The notes under the pieces are model-generated. The model did not search any database. It saw only the letters and a list, made by a program, of their open reading frames with translations, and was not told the DNA's origin. A stretch of DNA of 64,000 nucleotides from Bugula neritina (lineage: Eukaryota; Animalia; Bryozoa), in contig OZ037765.1 of the NCBI GenBank assembly GCA_964035545.1, positions 29,573,504 to 29,637,503 on the forward strand, in the 5' to 3' direction. A program made the position numbers and the translations under genes. Of this stretch, positions 28,605 through 41,135 are shown in pieces. Numbering within the stretch: the stretch's first letter is position 1; every line of letters starts with the position of its first letter.

Positions 28605-29105
28605 TTGTGCAGTCAGTTGATTTAACAATGACTGTTCTATGATTAAGAGTTGATAGCAGCTCTCCACACCACTCTGTTTTCTGCAGCCACTTGCCACCTT
28701 TCTGTGTCTATCTCTCTCCACTTCACATTGTACTTAGGAAAAAATATGTATTCAGCTGAAAAGCATCATAAGAAAAGTTTAGTAATAGTAAATATTACAA
28801 AAGAAGCTATGTTCTTGTAAGACTTTCAACCTGAATAAAAATTTATAGACAATTAAAGAGCTTAATAGTTATTTCATCTAAAATTAAAGACTCTTATACT
28901 ATATTGGTGTGTTGCACACTCTCTGTTTATAGACAGATGCAAATTAGCTCAAATATTTTGTTAAATTACTTGATTTTCCGACAGAAAAACTAAAGCATTA
29001 TATAAAACAGCAGTGAAACACTATAAATTACCAGTTATTAAGAAGCTTGTATTTACATGCTTCAAAAACTCTACTCTGTGTTATGAAAAACTAAATGAAA
29101 CTTAC

Positions 29106-29187
29106 GTGGTGTGAGCTGAGTAAGAACATCTTCAAGGTCAGCTGCGCTGTTGGCACTTCTTTTGCTAAGTGAATGCGCGGGTGCTGC
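29106..29187 (-). pseudogene. Second orphan antisense copy of cluster exon 2
   Basis: 82 nt with intact splice sites. It shares the diagnostic GCGCGGGTGC variant and flanking sequence with 19832-19913. Confidence 0.85.
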
Positions 29188-29953
29188 CTAGAAATAAATT
29201 TATCATATAATATATAAGAATAGGTTATATGAGCATTAACATGTACACTTGTATATGGAGTTGAATATATCTGTGATTATAATATGTTTGCTAAATTATA
29301 AGTTCACTACTAATATAATATTTACTGCTGTACTATACAATAATGCAATACTTTTCTAAGAGATTTTTCAAGTATTTATGTAAATATTATGTAAACAGGG
29401 ATTAACTTAACTAACTAAGAGTTATATCCATAGGAAAGGACAAAAATATAATATAATTTATTCAAACATTTTAAATACTCATATAAACCATAAAAAGTTA
29501 CAGATACATTTTAATATTGCTTTGATGCAAGAAAAATCTATAAAAATATCATCTGTTGCTACATATGCAGGTACAGTAAAAAAACTAATATAAAATCTTA
29601 AATAATTATTTAGAACTCATGCTTTTTTAAATATCCTTGTTATTACACCTACTTTCTCTTTTCAAATGAATGTAAGAAACTTTCAACAGCAAGTAGGCTA
29701 AATATAGTGCATTAGCATACAGATTGTGTTGGATCCATCCTAACAGCTGACAGGTGATTAGAGGTATTTAATGTACTTAATGTACTTAAGTAGCTGTAAA
29801 GCAGGCTATACGTGTTTTAATTTGGTACCAAAATACTAAAACATAGCACTACGTTTTTGAAGCAATTGCCAGATCCAGTGTGTAGCATGTACCCTGGCCA
29901 GTTAGAAGAAGTCTACTGATTGGTGTCTTGTAGAGTGATTATATATATGAGTG

Positions 29954-29991
<38 letters not shown>

Positions 29992-30021
29992 TAGAAGAAG
30001 TAAAATGAGATTTGATTAATA

Positions 30022-30090
30022 TAATGGCATTTATTACTAGTAGTTTCGTACACAAGAACGATGTGCACTCGTCAGATAAATTAGCCACTA
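30022..30090 (-). ncRNA. Type I hammerhead ribozyme (inverted copy)
   Basis: Reverse complement of 32961-33029. Confidence 0.85.
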
Positions 30091-30188
30091 TGATTGCTTA
30101 CAACTATAAATAATGTAATATGTAAATATACACAGATTAAAGCTAGAAGATCAAAATATAACAAAAAGGTAGCATTGTAATTAATTGG

Positions 30189-31224
30189 CTATGTTACAGC
30201 ATTCTTGAGTAGAAATTTACAACTATGTCTGCATATGGATAAAAAGTCATAGCGCTTATTGAGGGAAGACAACTGTGGCTTATAAAGAATGAAAAATTTT
30301 TCCCATGAGCATAGCTGACAGATTTTAGTGTTGTTGTTGTATGGTTGAGTTTTTCTGAGAATTTTCCAGGATATGGTAAAATCCAGACCTTTGTCTTTTA
30401 AGGTCCAGATGTGTTTACTCAACTCAGTTTGCATGCGCTTGGTTGGGTGTCTGAAAGAAGCAAGGTGGTTGTAGTATCTTGCCTTGAATGCAGTGGAGGA
30501 AATTCCTACATATGTTTCAGCAGTATCTTTTGATGGGACGGATACTTTGGCCTGGTACACAATGTTTGGGGTGGTGCATTCTCCTGGGAGCGGGCATGTC
30601 TTTACATTTCTACAGTTACAGCCTGCCTGTGATATGGGGGTGGTGTTGCATTTAGTAACACTTCTGTTGTGAGCAGTGATGGTCTGCTCTAAATTTGGGC
30701 AGCAACTGTAGCTGAGTTTGAGTGTGTTTTTATTAAATATTTTGTGCAGTGGGTGTTTGGTGTTGAATATATCTTTTATCAGCTTGAGGTATATGGAGCC
30801 GATTTTCGTCTTAACATTGCAGCTATAAGGTGGATTGTACCAGATGACTTGTCTTTGTCTGATGGGTTTGATGCTTGTATTGGTGTTGTCGGTATAGTCT
30901 TTGTATTTGAGTTGGTAGTCATATCCGCTTTTAGCCAAAGCATCTTGATATGGTGGGATGGCATTGTTGAAGATAGTTTCATTGGTAGATATGTCACAAA
31001 GTCTGCGGTTTATAGATTCTGGTATGTTATTCAGTATGCTGGGAGGATGGTTAGAGTCTTTGTGTACATACAGAGGGATGTTGTTGGGCTTGGAGTACGG
31101 TGTATGATGTTTCTTGACCAGATCTAGGGTGACGTCTAAATAGTCAGTTGTCTTGATATTAACATCTATGGTGATCTTTAGACCGTGTGACTGGAATAAT
31201 ATGCAAAGATCTTTTTTCAGTCTT
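30189..31224 (-). pseudogene. Inverted 3' fragment of the PLE ORF (RT thumb, CxCx5C linker, GIY-YIG endonuclease), open to the natural stop
   Basis: GCNCRNVKTCPLPGEC..NIVYQAKV...TYVGISSTAFKARYYNH...TELSKHIW...CQLCSWEKFFI...CRH. Confidence 0.85.
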
Positions 31225-32862
31225 ATTGGAACTTGATGACAGAATTACTATAACAGCTAAGAAACCCGCCTTCATTACTATCAAGGATCATAAGGCTAAC
31301 TACATAACTAACCCCACCTGCCGCCTTATTAACCCCACCAAACCAGAGATAGGTAGGGTGAGTAAACAACTACTTGACAGAATTAATACATCGATAAACA
31401 GCAAACTTGGCCTAAATCAGTGGAAAAGCTCATCTGCAGTTTTACATTGGTTTGACAATTTGACCACCACAAACAGGCACTCTTTTATCGTGTTCGATAT
31501 TGTAGAATTTTATCCATCTATATCGCCAAAGCTACTATCTGATGCTCTAGACTTTGCCAACTTGCATACTACAGTCAGCAACCACGAACGGAATATCATA
31601 TTGCACACAAAAAAATCCATATTGGTGCATGACAACTCATTTTGGGGTAAAAGACAATCAGATAATTTGTTCGACGTCACTATGGGCTCACATGATGGTG
31701 CTGAAACATGTGAATTAGTAGGATTATTTTTGTTAAGTAAAATCTCAAAAAAGTTCAAAGCTAACATTGGACTATATAGAGACGATGGGCTAGGTGTAAC
31801 AGATCTTAAACCACAACTAGCTGAAAGACTGAAAAAAGATCTTTGCATATTATTCCAGTCACACGGTCTAAAGATCACCATAGATGTTAATATCAAGACA
31901 ACTGACTATTTAGACGTCACCCTAGATCTGGTCAAGAAACATCATACACCGTACTCCAAGCCCAACAACATCCCTCTGTATGTACACAAAGACTCTAACC
32001 ATCCTCCCAGCATACTGAATAACATACCAGAATCTATAAACCGCAGACTTTGTGACATATCTACCAATGAAACCATCTTCAACAATGCCATCCCACCATA
32101 TCAAGATGCTTTGGCTAAAAGCGGATATGACTACCAACTCAAATACAAAGACTATACCGACAACACCAATACAAGCATCAAACCCATCAGACAAAGACAA
32201 GTCATCTGGTACAATCCACCTTATAGCCGCAATGTTAAGACGAAAATCGGCTCCATATACCTCAAGCTGATAAAAGATATATTCAACACCAAACACCCAC
32301 TGCACAAAATATTTAATAAAAACACACTCAAACTTAGCTACAGTTGCTGCCCAAATTTAGAGCAGACCATCACTGCTCACAACAGAAGTGTTACTAAATG
32401 CAACACCACCCCTATATCACAGGCAGGCTGTAACTGTAGAAATGTAAAGACATGCCCGCTCCCAGGAGAATGCACCACCCCAAACATTGTGTACCAGGCC
32501 AAAGTATCCGTCCCATCAAAAGATACTGCTGAAACATATGTAGGAATTTCCTCCACTGCATTCAAGGCAAGATACTACAACCACCTTGCTTCTTTCAGAC
32601 ACCCAACCAAGCGCATGCAAACTGAGTTGAGTAAACACATCTAGACCTTAAAAGACAAAGGTCTGGATTTTACCATATCCTGGAAAATTCTCAGAAAAAC
32701 TCAACCATACAACAACAACACTAAAATCTGTCAGCTATGCTCATGGGAAAAATTTTTCATTCTTTATAAGCCACAGTTGTCTTCCCTCAATAAGCGCTAT
32801 GACTTTTTATCCATATGCAGACATAGTATAGTAAATTTCTACTCAAGAATGCTGTAACATAG
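31225..32862 (+). pseudogene. PLE reverse transcriptase plus GIY-YIG endonuclease, 5'-truncated and disabled
   Basis: FITIKDHK, FDIVEFYPSI, VTMGSHDGAE.CELVG, GLYRDDGL, DYLDVTLDL, YVHKDSNHPP. Relative to the inverted copy it has TGG>TAG at 32642-32644 and a +2-nt indel near 32828. Confidence 0.92.
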
Positions 32863-32960
32863 CCAATTAATTACAATGCTACCTTTTTGTTATATTTTGA
32901 TCTTCTAGCTTTAATCTGTGTATATTTACATATTACATTATTTATAGTTGTAAGCAATCA

Positions 32961-33029
32961 TAGTGGCTAATTTATCTGACGAGTGCACATCGTTCTTGTG
33001 TACGAAACTACTAGTAATAAATGCCATTA
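32961..33029 (+). ncRNA. Type I hammerhead ribozyme in the PLE 3' UTR/pLTR
   Basis: Stem I tagtggc..atttat / ataaat.gccatta; core CTGACGA (32976-32982); stem II GTGCAC/GTGTAC; GAAA (33004-33007); short stem III ACT-act-AGT; predicted cleavage after GTA at 33016. Confidence 0.88.
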
Positions 33030-33890
33030 TATTAATCAAATCTCATTTTACTTCTTCTAATGTTTACGCTCTAGATTTATTTCTATAGAGCACTCTAGTA
33101 ACGTTTTATAAACACTCATTTTACTATATATATATATATATATAATTTATATTCTATAGTTCTTTGCAGACCTTACCAATTGTGAAACTGAAATAAAATT
33201 TCAAAGCAAAGAAATATATAAATAATGTCATGAAAGAGTATTATGTACAATAACTGAAACAGTTTGAAACCAAATAGGCTATATGCAAATGTAACAACAA
33301 TGTATAATTTATCAAATGTATCAATAAAAAATAATTCACAAAAAGTATTACCTCTTTCCTCCTTTTAGGTCAGTGGTTCCCAACCTGGAGGGAATTCCCC
33401 CCTAGGGGGGAATTTGGACATTTTAGGGGGGACTTTGGATTTTGAAAAATTTACGCACTTTTTTGACAGTTTTTGAACTCTTGCAAGTTACATGTATATG
33501 CATATCTATAAACCTTCATTTTAGCTCATTTATTTAACCAAACCATATTCTGCAATCTCAGTTTACTTCTACATGAATGTGTTTATTAATTACTCTACCC
33601 TAACTGTTCTCTGTGCTACTTCGAATGAAGGTCAAAAAGTTGCAAAAACCAACAGGCCAACTTTTAACAGCCATGCAAATCAATCTCTATGAACTGTATA
33701 CTACATACCTAGTGAATATATTTGCTACACTAAATAATCTGAACCTAAAAATGCAGGAGTGCAATCATCATATCATTGCTTTTCATAGCAGTGGCAATGT
33801 TTTTAAAGTTGCACTAAAGTAGTGGCGTCTATTAAAAACATGGTGTTTTTCTCCACACTCAATGAACTTTTACAGGAGAAGAACCTGTTC

Positions 33891-34082
33891 CGATTTTAGG
33901 TAAAAATGGCACAGGTAAAAATGCACACTGGTGTTAAATTTTCCCAAACCTAAACCTCCGAACCCCCCATTCAGAATGCCTAACCCCCAACTCAAATCTA
34001 CAATGCTAATATTGAAAATGTGCCATTTTTACTTAATTTTCCATTTGTGCCATTATTATATGTGCCATTTTTTCTGGACACC
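33891..34082 (+). mobile_element. AAAAATGGCAC-family MITE nested in the hAT element
   Basis: GATTTTAGGTAAAAATGGCAC ... GTGCCATTTTTTCTGGACACC, flanked by the near-TSD ACCTGTTC/AGCTGTTC. Confidence 0.75.
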
Positions 34083-34329
34083 AGCTGTTCCAGATCGTTT
34101 TTCAAAAAATCTTTCTAAGCATCTCTCTGAACTTTTAATTGATTTTTAACTGCATTTCTCTGAGCTACCTCCGACAAATAAAGAGCTAGATTCTTAACTT
34201 GACATGTGACCCATTGCAACGGTTTGTTAACAAGTTTTCAGAGGAGTTACAGGAGGATTTTATTGAGTTGGTTCACAATTCAGCAATGAAGGATGATTTG
34301 AAATTTTCTCCAATTGATGTATTGCGGGT

Positions 34330-34652
34330 GGTGTCCAGTAGAAACAGTACAGGTAATAATGGCACAAATGGAAAAGTAGGAAAAAATGGCATATGTTTTC
34401 AATTTTGGGGTGGGGGTTTGGAGTTTGAAACAAGGGTTTGAAGTGAGGATTTTGAGTTTGTACTTGGGGTTCTGGAGTTTGGGGTGGGGGTTTGAGTTAG
34501 GGGGTGGGTGTTCAAGGATTGGGGGCTTAGGGTGGAGGGTTTGGGTTTTGAGTTTGGAAAAATTTAACACCAGTGTGCCATTTCTACCTAATTTCCATTT
34601 GTGCCATTGTTACCTGTGCCATTTTTACATGCACCAGTTTTCCCTAAAATAA
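34330..34652 (-). mobile_element. Second AAAAATGGCAC-family MITE nested in the hAT element, opposite orientation
   Basis: GGTGTCCAGTA ... TTTTCCCTAAAAT with a GGGGTT-rich core. Confidence 0.75.
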
Positions 34653-37067
34653 TCGTGGGTTTCAACAAGCTAACTCTCACCACACATAACTGACAAAGCA
34701 GAGTTTTGGTGCCATCCAGCACTACCTCTCTGTCTAAGGTAGGATTCTCATCAATTCAAAGAGGAGAGAAACTGTCTTAACCTGCAGAGTGACTTAAGAT
34801 GGGCCTGGTCAAACATTGAGCCAGACGTAAGCAAGCTGGCACAATATTATCAGCTGCAGCCATAACATTAATAAATGAACTGCTGTGTTTTATAACATAA
34901 AAAGAACGATAACAATATTGTTATCATAATTATAGTATATGCAAATATAATAGAACAAAATATATTGCATTTTATCATATATTCTCATTCATTAAGTCAT
35001 ACAATTTTTTCGCTCTTCAAAAGGGGGAAATTAATAGTAAACATTTATGAAATGGGGGAATAGTATATAAAAAAAGGTTGGGAACCACTGTTTTAGGTGA
35101 ATGCGACAATTAAGCTTAGCCCTATCCAAATACAAAAACAAATTCAGATTGAATACTAAATAAGATTATTTTGTTCAAACTATCGTAAGCACTTCATCCT
35201 TCTGTTGCTCTTAATCTGATATTTTATATATACTCAAAGATAATTATTAGGTTGCTGCATGGCAGCTATATAAAGCTACCTATCTATAAAAATAGCTATC
35301 AATTATAGCTATAAAGAAAACTGCCTTTCTATGTAACTCATGCATTATTGATTATGGATTTTACATCCAGTATAATACAAGATTTCACTTGCAGAGTAGA
35401 ATAATATTTTTAGCCTTGTATTACTATAGTGATAATATAATAATCTAAGTTTAAGAAGAAAACTAGTAAATTAAAGAAACTATATTTTAATATACAATTA
35501 TTAGATTCTACACAAACCAATTACTTTACAAGAACATTGGGAAATATTTTAACATATGTGAAATGATGATTTTGGCATAGTTATTACCCAATACTCAAAT
35601 ACGGGTATAATGGTGGGATAATTTTGGAATTGTTATTACCCGTATATTTGTGTTTTGCACATAGCATGAAAGCCACAAATTTAGAACTTACCATGTTTAT
35701 CGGAGTATGTTAAATAACTCCCACAAAAATTTAAAGTTTCTAAATTGCACTGCTACAATTTTTTATGCTAGCTATACAGGAAGAAAAATGTCAAATGTCA
35801 TTTTTGGTGCCAAATGTCATGGTAGTGGAAAATCTCTGACAAATATAGCCAACAAACAAATATTTATATTTTGCTGTTTGCTAAATTCACCATAAATTTA
35901 TCATATTAAATGTTTTCTTAACAATATCAAAGTGTTGCAGGGTTAGAGAGAATAATGAGAAATATCAAAGAAACTTTGTCTAATTTTTGCTTCTAAATTG
36001 GCAAGTATTGTAGTCTTTTCACAGATGATATTGAAGATTGCCCAGTATGGTGATACGAGACTGGAAAATTTATCAAACTAGTATCGATATATTTATACTT
36101 ATATATCTATTTGCTCAAATATATTATGGGTTGTGGAGTAAAAATAATGTTGGTATATGGTATGTGGTGCGTGGTATATATGGTATGTGGTGTGTGTTGT
36201 GCAATCGTATATGCTATACCTGAATGTTTGAAGAAACTGTAAATTTTTTATGAATTTAATTTGATGACTTTTTGAAAATATTATTGCAGCTATTGACTTT
36301 ATTGTAATTGCCATTATAGCAAGCACAACAAATCTTCAAACAATATTATGTTTAAATATATCTATAGCACTAACATAAAATTGCATTGCTTTAAATGCAA
36401 TTCAATTTTTTATCAACCTGTTGATTGAAACTTTTATTACAGCCCGTGATTTATAAATCCTACACCATGTTGCAAATTTTTAGGTGTATTCATTAAAAAT
36501 ACAGTAAAGTAAAACAGATGCTTAGACTGCCCTATTTCTCATAGTTTGATATTCTTATTTCATTGTTTTCGTTTTTATTTAAGAAAGGCCTATTATATAG
36601 TAAGAGCATGTAACTAATTTAATAATGACTAAATAATATTTGAATAAACTAAACTTTCTATGAAAGTTTAGTGCTCCACGTTAGGAAGTAATTTTAAAAC
36701 TTGCCGCACTATATAAGCTCGTAGGGGTAAAAAAAGCATGTAATTATTATTCAGAAATAGTGTAAATTAATTATCCAATCATTGGGCAGAGTTTAAAATT
36801 CTACAAATCATTTTTAGAATTAGGCTGATTTAGTACGGTTTTAGCTAACAAACTTACTCTTGTAATACCATTAATTATATCTAATCATTTAGCTTTTCAA
36901 AATCAATAAACTGACCACCATCAAATCTCCGAATTCCATAGACTTGGCACTAAAACAGCATTGACAGTTTTATAAATTATAATAAGATTATACAACGACA
37001 TACAAATACAAGTGATATATAAACCCTTGTCCAACACCTCGGAGTATCATAAATATTCAGAGCAGTC

Positions 37068-40000
37068 ATGGAGGCAGAAAGGCCTGAGTTCACAGCTGTA
37101 CACAAGCAGAAAACAGGGAGGAACTGGGTAGCACCCACAGTTACAGCTTTAGCGTTGATCCTCTCTGTGGTGGCTCTCAGTCTAACTTGCTACATTGGAG
37201 TGAGATTGGTAGAAATTGAAGAAGAACAGCGTCTTCTCAACTCAATCATCCAATCTTTAAATTCACAGGTCAAGCTTGTATTTATAGATTCATTGGCTAT
37301 AAATAGTAATCTAGCTTGTATCCAATGTAGTCATTATGTTAATGAATTTAGTTTAGCTGCCTTTCTGTTTGAACTATCTCATACATATATTTTTAGGCAG
37401 CACCAGTGCATTCACTTAGCAAAAGAAGTACCAACAGTGCAGCTGACCTTGAAGATGTTCTTACTCAGCTCACACCACGTAAGTTTCATTTAGTCTTTCA
37501 TAACACAGAGCAGACTTTTTAAAGCATGTAAATACAAGCTTTTCTATAAGTTATAACCATGCAATCAGTTCTAATGTGTTGTGAATATTGTGTCCTATAA
37601 CTTTGCATTTTCATAGTTTGTATAAGTTTTTTGTTTGTCAGGCAGTGAATCATGTAACAAAATAACTGTTGCCACTAAGTAAAGAAAGAGTATGTATTAC
37701 ACCAAGATATAAATAATTGTGTTTGCTCCTTATTCAACGGTATAACATTCAGATAGAAAAAAATTCAATATATTAAGCGCTTTGATATTCCAGGGACTTT
37801 GTCCGGTTGTGGATTGAAAATCTTATAAAAACATATTTGTAGCTTTTTTTGGGGTATTTCTTATCTCTAGAGTTTCATAAATTTTCCATCACTGCATTCA
37901 TCTTGCAATGCTTTTCAATAAAGCAAATATTTCTTCTAGCCTTTGGCTTAACTCTAAAAGAAAAATAATTATATCGATATGAATTACATTGCTATTTTAG
38001 TGCCAAAAACTAAAAACTTATTATTGTAATTTTTTTTACTGCTCCCATTGCTTCAACTTAAAATTTTTTCTTTAGTATTTTATGTATTAATATTCATACA
38101 CTAATATATAGTTCACCTTTTAGCGTGTAATAATTATGCTCTTTATTACATCATTTAGAAAATTAAAAGCCTTTGAAAAAGGTTACATTAAATTATCACT
38201 CAACATTAATTAATTCATTAAAAGATATTTTTGAATGCCTAAACTATTTTTTAAAAACTGCAGTGTTTTTAGGACGATTCTAATTTGTAAAATATTTGTG
38301 TCAATTTACAATTAGTAATTACTAACTCATTTCGTACACATTGAAATTTGAAGTGACCATTCGATTCTAAAACCGGTCTGTTATAGCTAATGACATTGTG
38401 TTAATATAGGTGTGTAGACCACAAGAATAACAGTTTAATCCATAATGTATATTTTTTTTTGTTGAAACATAATTTAAATTAAAAAAATAATGCATTTTTT
38501 CGTTTTACAAAGCCGGTGTTTGTTTTTAAAATTATTTATAAAAACTTGTTCAGCAAAATACATTAGTAGCTGGTAGTTGTCGATTGACAGGCTTTTTAAG
38601 TGCTTTACAGCATTCTTATTGTCGGAAAGATATATAGTAACTTATAACCAATACACTCTTGCCATTCCTGGTTATGATGCAAGAAATCTAAGTTAGAATA
38701 ATATATATAATAATGTCTTTCTTATAGAGCATATATGTGAAAGGTTATAACCATGATATAATATTTACATGTTTACAGAGGATCTTTCCTTACTAAGAGG
38801 ACCTCCAGGAAGAGATGGTAGAGATGGAAGAGATGGAAGGGATTGTGACTCAGATGAGTTAGAAAAACTTGTAGAAATGGTTTTTAATGAATCAAAGAAG
38901 AGTGGTGAGACTTCATCTACTGCTAGCACTACTACTGATAGAAGTCCACTGGGTTCTTATGATACAGGTGAAGTGTTACTGTAATGTCTATTCCATTCTC
39001 AATATTTCTTATCTATTTTATATCTGAGATTAGCTGGTGAAACAATACAAATGTGTTGAATGAAGGCATGTAGCGTGGAGAATGTAGAATGTTCTCTAGG
39101 TATATTTATTCTGTATGTGTAGTTGTCCTTAGAGCTACAGTGTAAAAATATATATAAGGGATTGCAGCTATTGCTTCATAGCTATACATGAAAATGCATA
39201 TTATTGTGTGTAAACAGTTGATTTGGTTTACAGATAACTTGCTGCAGAGTTTCAACGAATCCATTGGTTTTGCACTGTTGAGGAAAATGCAGGCAACTTT
39301 AGCTAAACTGGAGGACATTGAAGAAGAACTTGACAGTCATCAGTCCACTTCTCTTGAAGGTATTCCTTCTTTATAATTATATGATCTTTAATATATCTGT
39401 CTATACTATGTGTGTAAACAGCAATAAGTTGAACATTTTACTATTACAAGGTTATTTCTGTAGGCGCTATTTAGATAGTAGTTGTACTATGGCAGAAGAG
39501 TTACTAAAAATTTGCAAAGATTATGCATGTTATTTTATAGCTGTTGAGTTTTGATTTGCAAAGAGCTCAGGAACTAGCAGCGTGTAAAACCTTCTAAAGT
39601 TCTTAAAGTACTTTTCTAAAACCTAAGCAACTTCTATAGCATTTTACATTACAGTATTAAAGTGACTTGGTTCTTCTTGATAGAACATGAACCATATGCT
39701 GGGATGTTGGAATAATCAAGCAAATATAACAATATTGTATATAATGACAATGTTGTATTTCAGATGATGATGATGTAAGTGATAGTCAACCAATCACAAC
39801 TGTCATTGGAGGGTCAACTTATGTGAGGTGGGGTAGAACTACATGTGGGAACAACTCTCAATTATTATATGAAGGTTGAATCATACTCTTTAAACATTAT
39901 ATAATGTATTGAATGTGTTTTTGATTTTTATCTTTTTCGTTGTTAGAAAAAAAATTCCTGGTTACATGTAATTATTTGTCTATATTTTCCTAAAATGGAA

Positions 40001-41135
40001 GACCTTGCAATATTAATAGAATGAATGCATAACACATGTAAGACTGTATAATATGTGTAATTGTTTCTTACATAAAACATGGCAGCGTGAAGGACGCTGC
40101 TGGTATAAGATGCCAATCTGTATATAATCATTTCTGGTTGCAAATTCAAAGTGACAAATAGTCAAAAAATTTCTCATGTTCTTCTTTTAGAAGCTTGCAA
40201 TAGTGTATCAGTTATTATTCTTTTTCACTTGCTTATAAAAAGATTTATAACTCCCATAACCTAATTTTTCATGCTCTCAGATCTAGTTTCTAGACTCTAG
40301 TGCTCTACTGTTACTATTTGCAGGTTTTGTTATTGGTTCAAATCATCTTCATGAAGGAGGAGCATCAAACTACCAATGTTTGCCATTAAAGCCAGAATAT
40401 TCAACATACTCTGGTCATGGTTCAGTGGTATATGGTGCAGAGTATGAAACTGGATCTTCTGTATTCCCCAATGCTATGCAGAATCACAATGTTCCCTGTG
40501 CAAGATGCTTTGCTCAAACAAGATCAGCAACTCTAATGATTCCAGCTAAGAGAACTTGTCCTCCATCTTGGACAAAGGTAAGACAACTTCAGTCATTAAA
40601 TTGTTATAGAGACTGAGTGACTGCCTTGGCAGTGTCATGGGAAAGATCCACTTTAAGGTATGATTCCCAAACACTAAAGTAAAATATATTAGGGTATTGT
40701 AATCCATTTCAATACATGCAATTAATTTTATTTTCTACAAGCTGCTATGAACTAACACAGAATACTATTTTAACAAATTTGAGCAGTAGGTATAGTAGGA
40801 ATTGGAATGGTGATTGTTTGAACATGCAATTAAGAGAGTAAACATATCTTATTACTTGTTATATATTACATCACTATCAAAGTTCACTCTCATATAACTT
40901 TGTGTACGTCTTCTATTTTTAGGAGTATGAAGGTTATTTAATGGCTGGCTATTACACTCAAAAGAGAGCTTATGCCTTCGAATGTATGGATGCTGAACCT
41001 GAAGCAATTGCTGGCAGATCAGGAAATGAAGATGGTGCCTTATTCTACTTCCAGAAAGCAAGTTGTGGCTCTACTGGACACTGTCCACCGTATATTGAAG
41101 GTGCTGAGCTGACCTGTGTTATCTGTACAAAGTAA
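37068..41135 (+). CDS. Cluster gene C: type II membrane short-chain collagen C4-like protein, 391 aa
   Basis: join(37068..37268,37397..37478,38779..38967,39234..39359,39764..39874,40324..40577,40923..41135) = 1176 nt, in frame. Confidence 0.92.

Larger units (their letters stand above)
29990..33124. mobile_element. Penelope-like retroelement (Naiad-type), 5'-truncated, with an inverted duplication of its 3' 1.23 kb, lying between (TA)n tracts
   Basis: 29990-31224 is the reverse complement of 31825-33061. RT and GIY-YIG motifs are present, and TA runs flank both sides. Confidence 0.93.
33371..35090 (+). mobile_element. Internally deleted hAT-Charlie/Buster DNA transposon
   Basis: TIRs CAGTGGTTCCCAACCT / AGGTTGGGAACCACTG and an 8-bp TSD TTTTAGGT (33363-33370, 35091-35098). 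Degraded transposase remnants: YLVNIFATLNNLNLKMQ, EELQEDFIEL, LNLQSDLR...SNIEPDVSKL. Confidence 0.9.

Noticed and set aside
30484-32565. Overlapping antisense and alternate-frame ORFs inside the PLE, and the N-terminal MTGIICKDLFS of the 485-aa ORF
   Set aside because: Shadow frames duplicated by the inversion; the ORF start comes from the inverted arm across the junction at 31224.
32428-32644. Selenoprotein-type Naiad (UGA recoding)
   Set aside because: The linker cysteines are TGT/TGC, and the internal stop is TAG replacing a TGG that is intact in the inverted copy.
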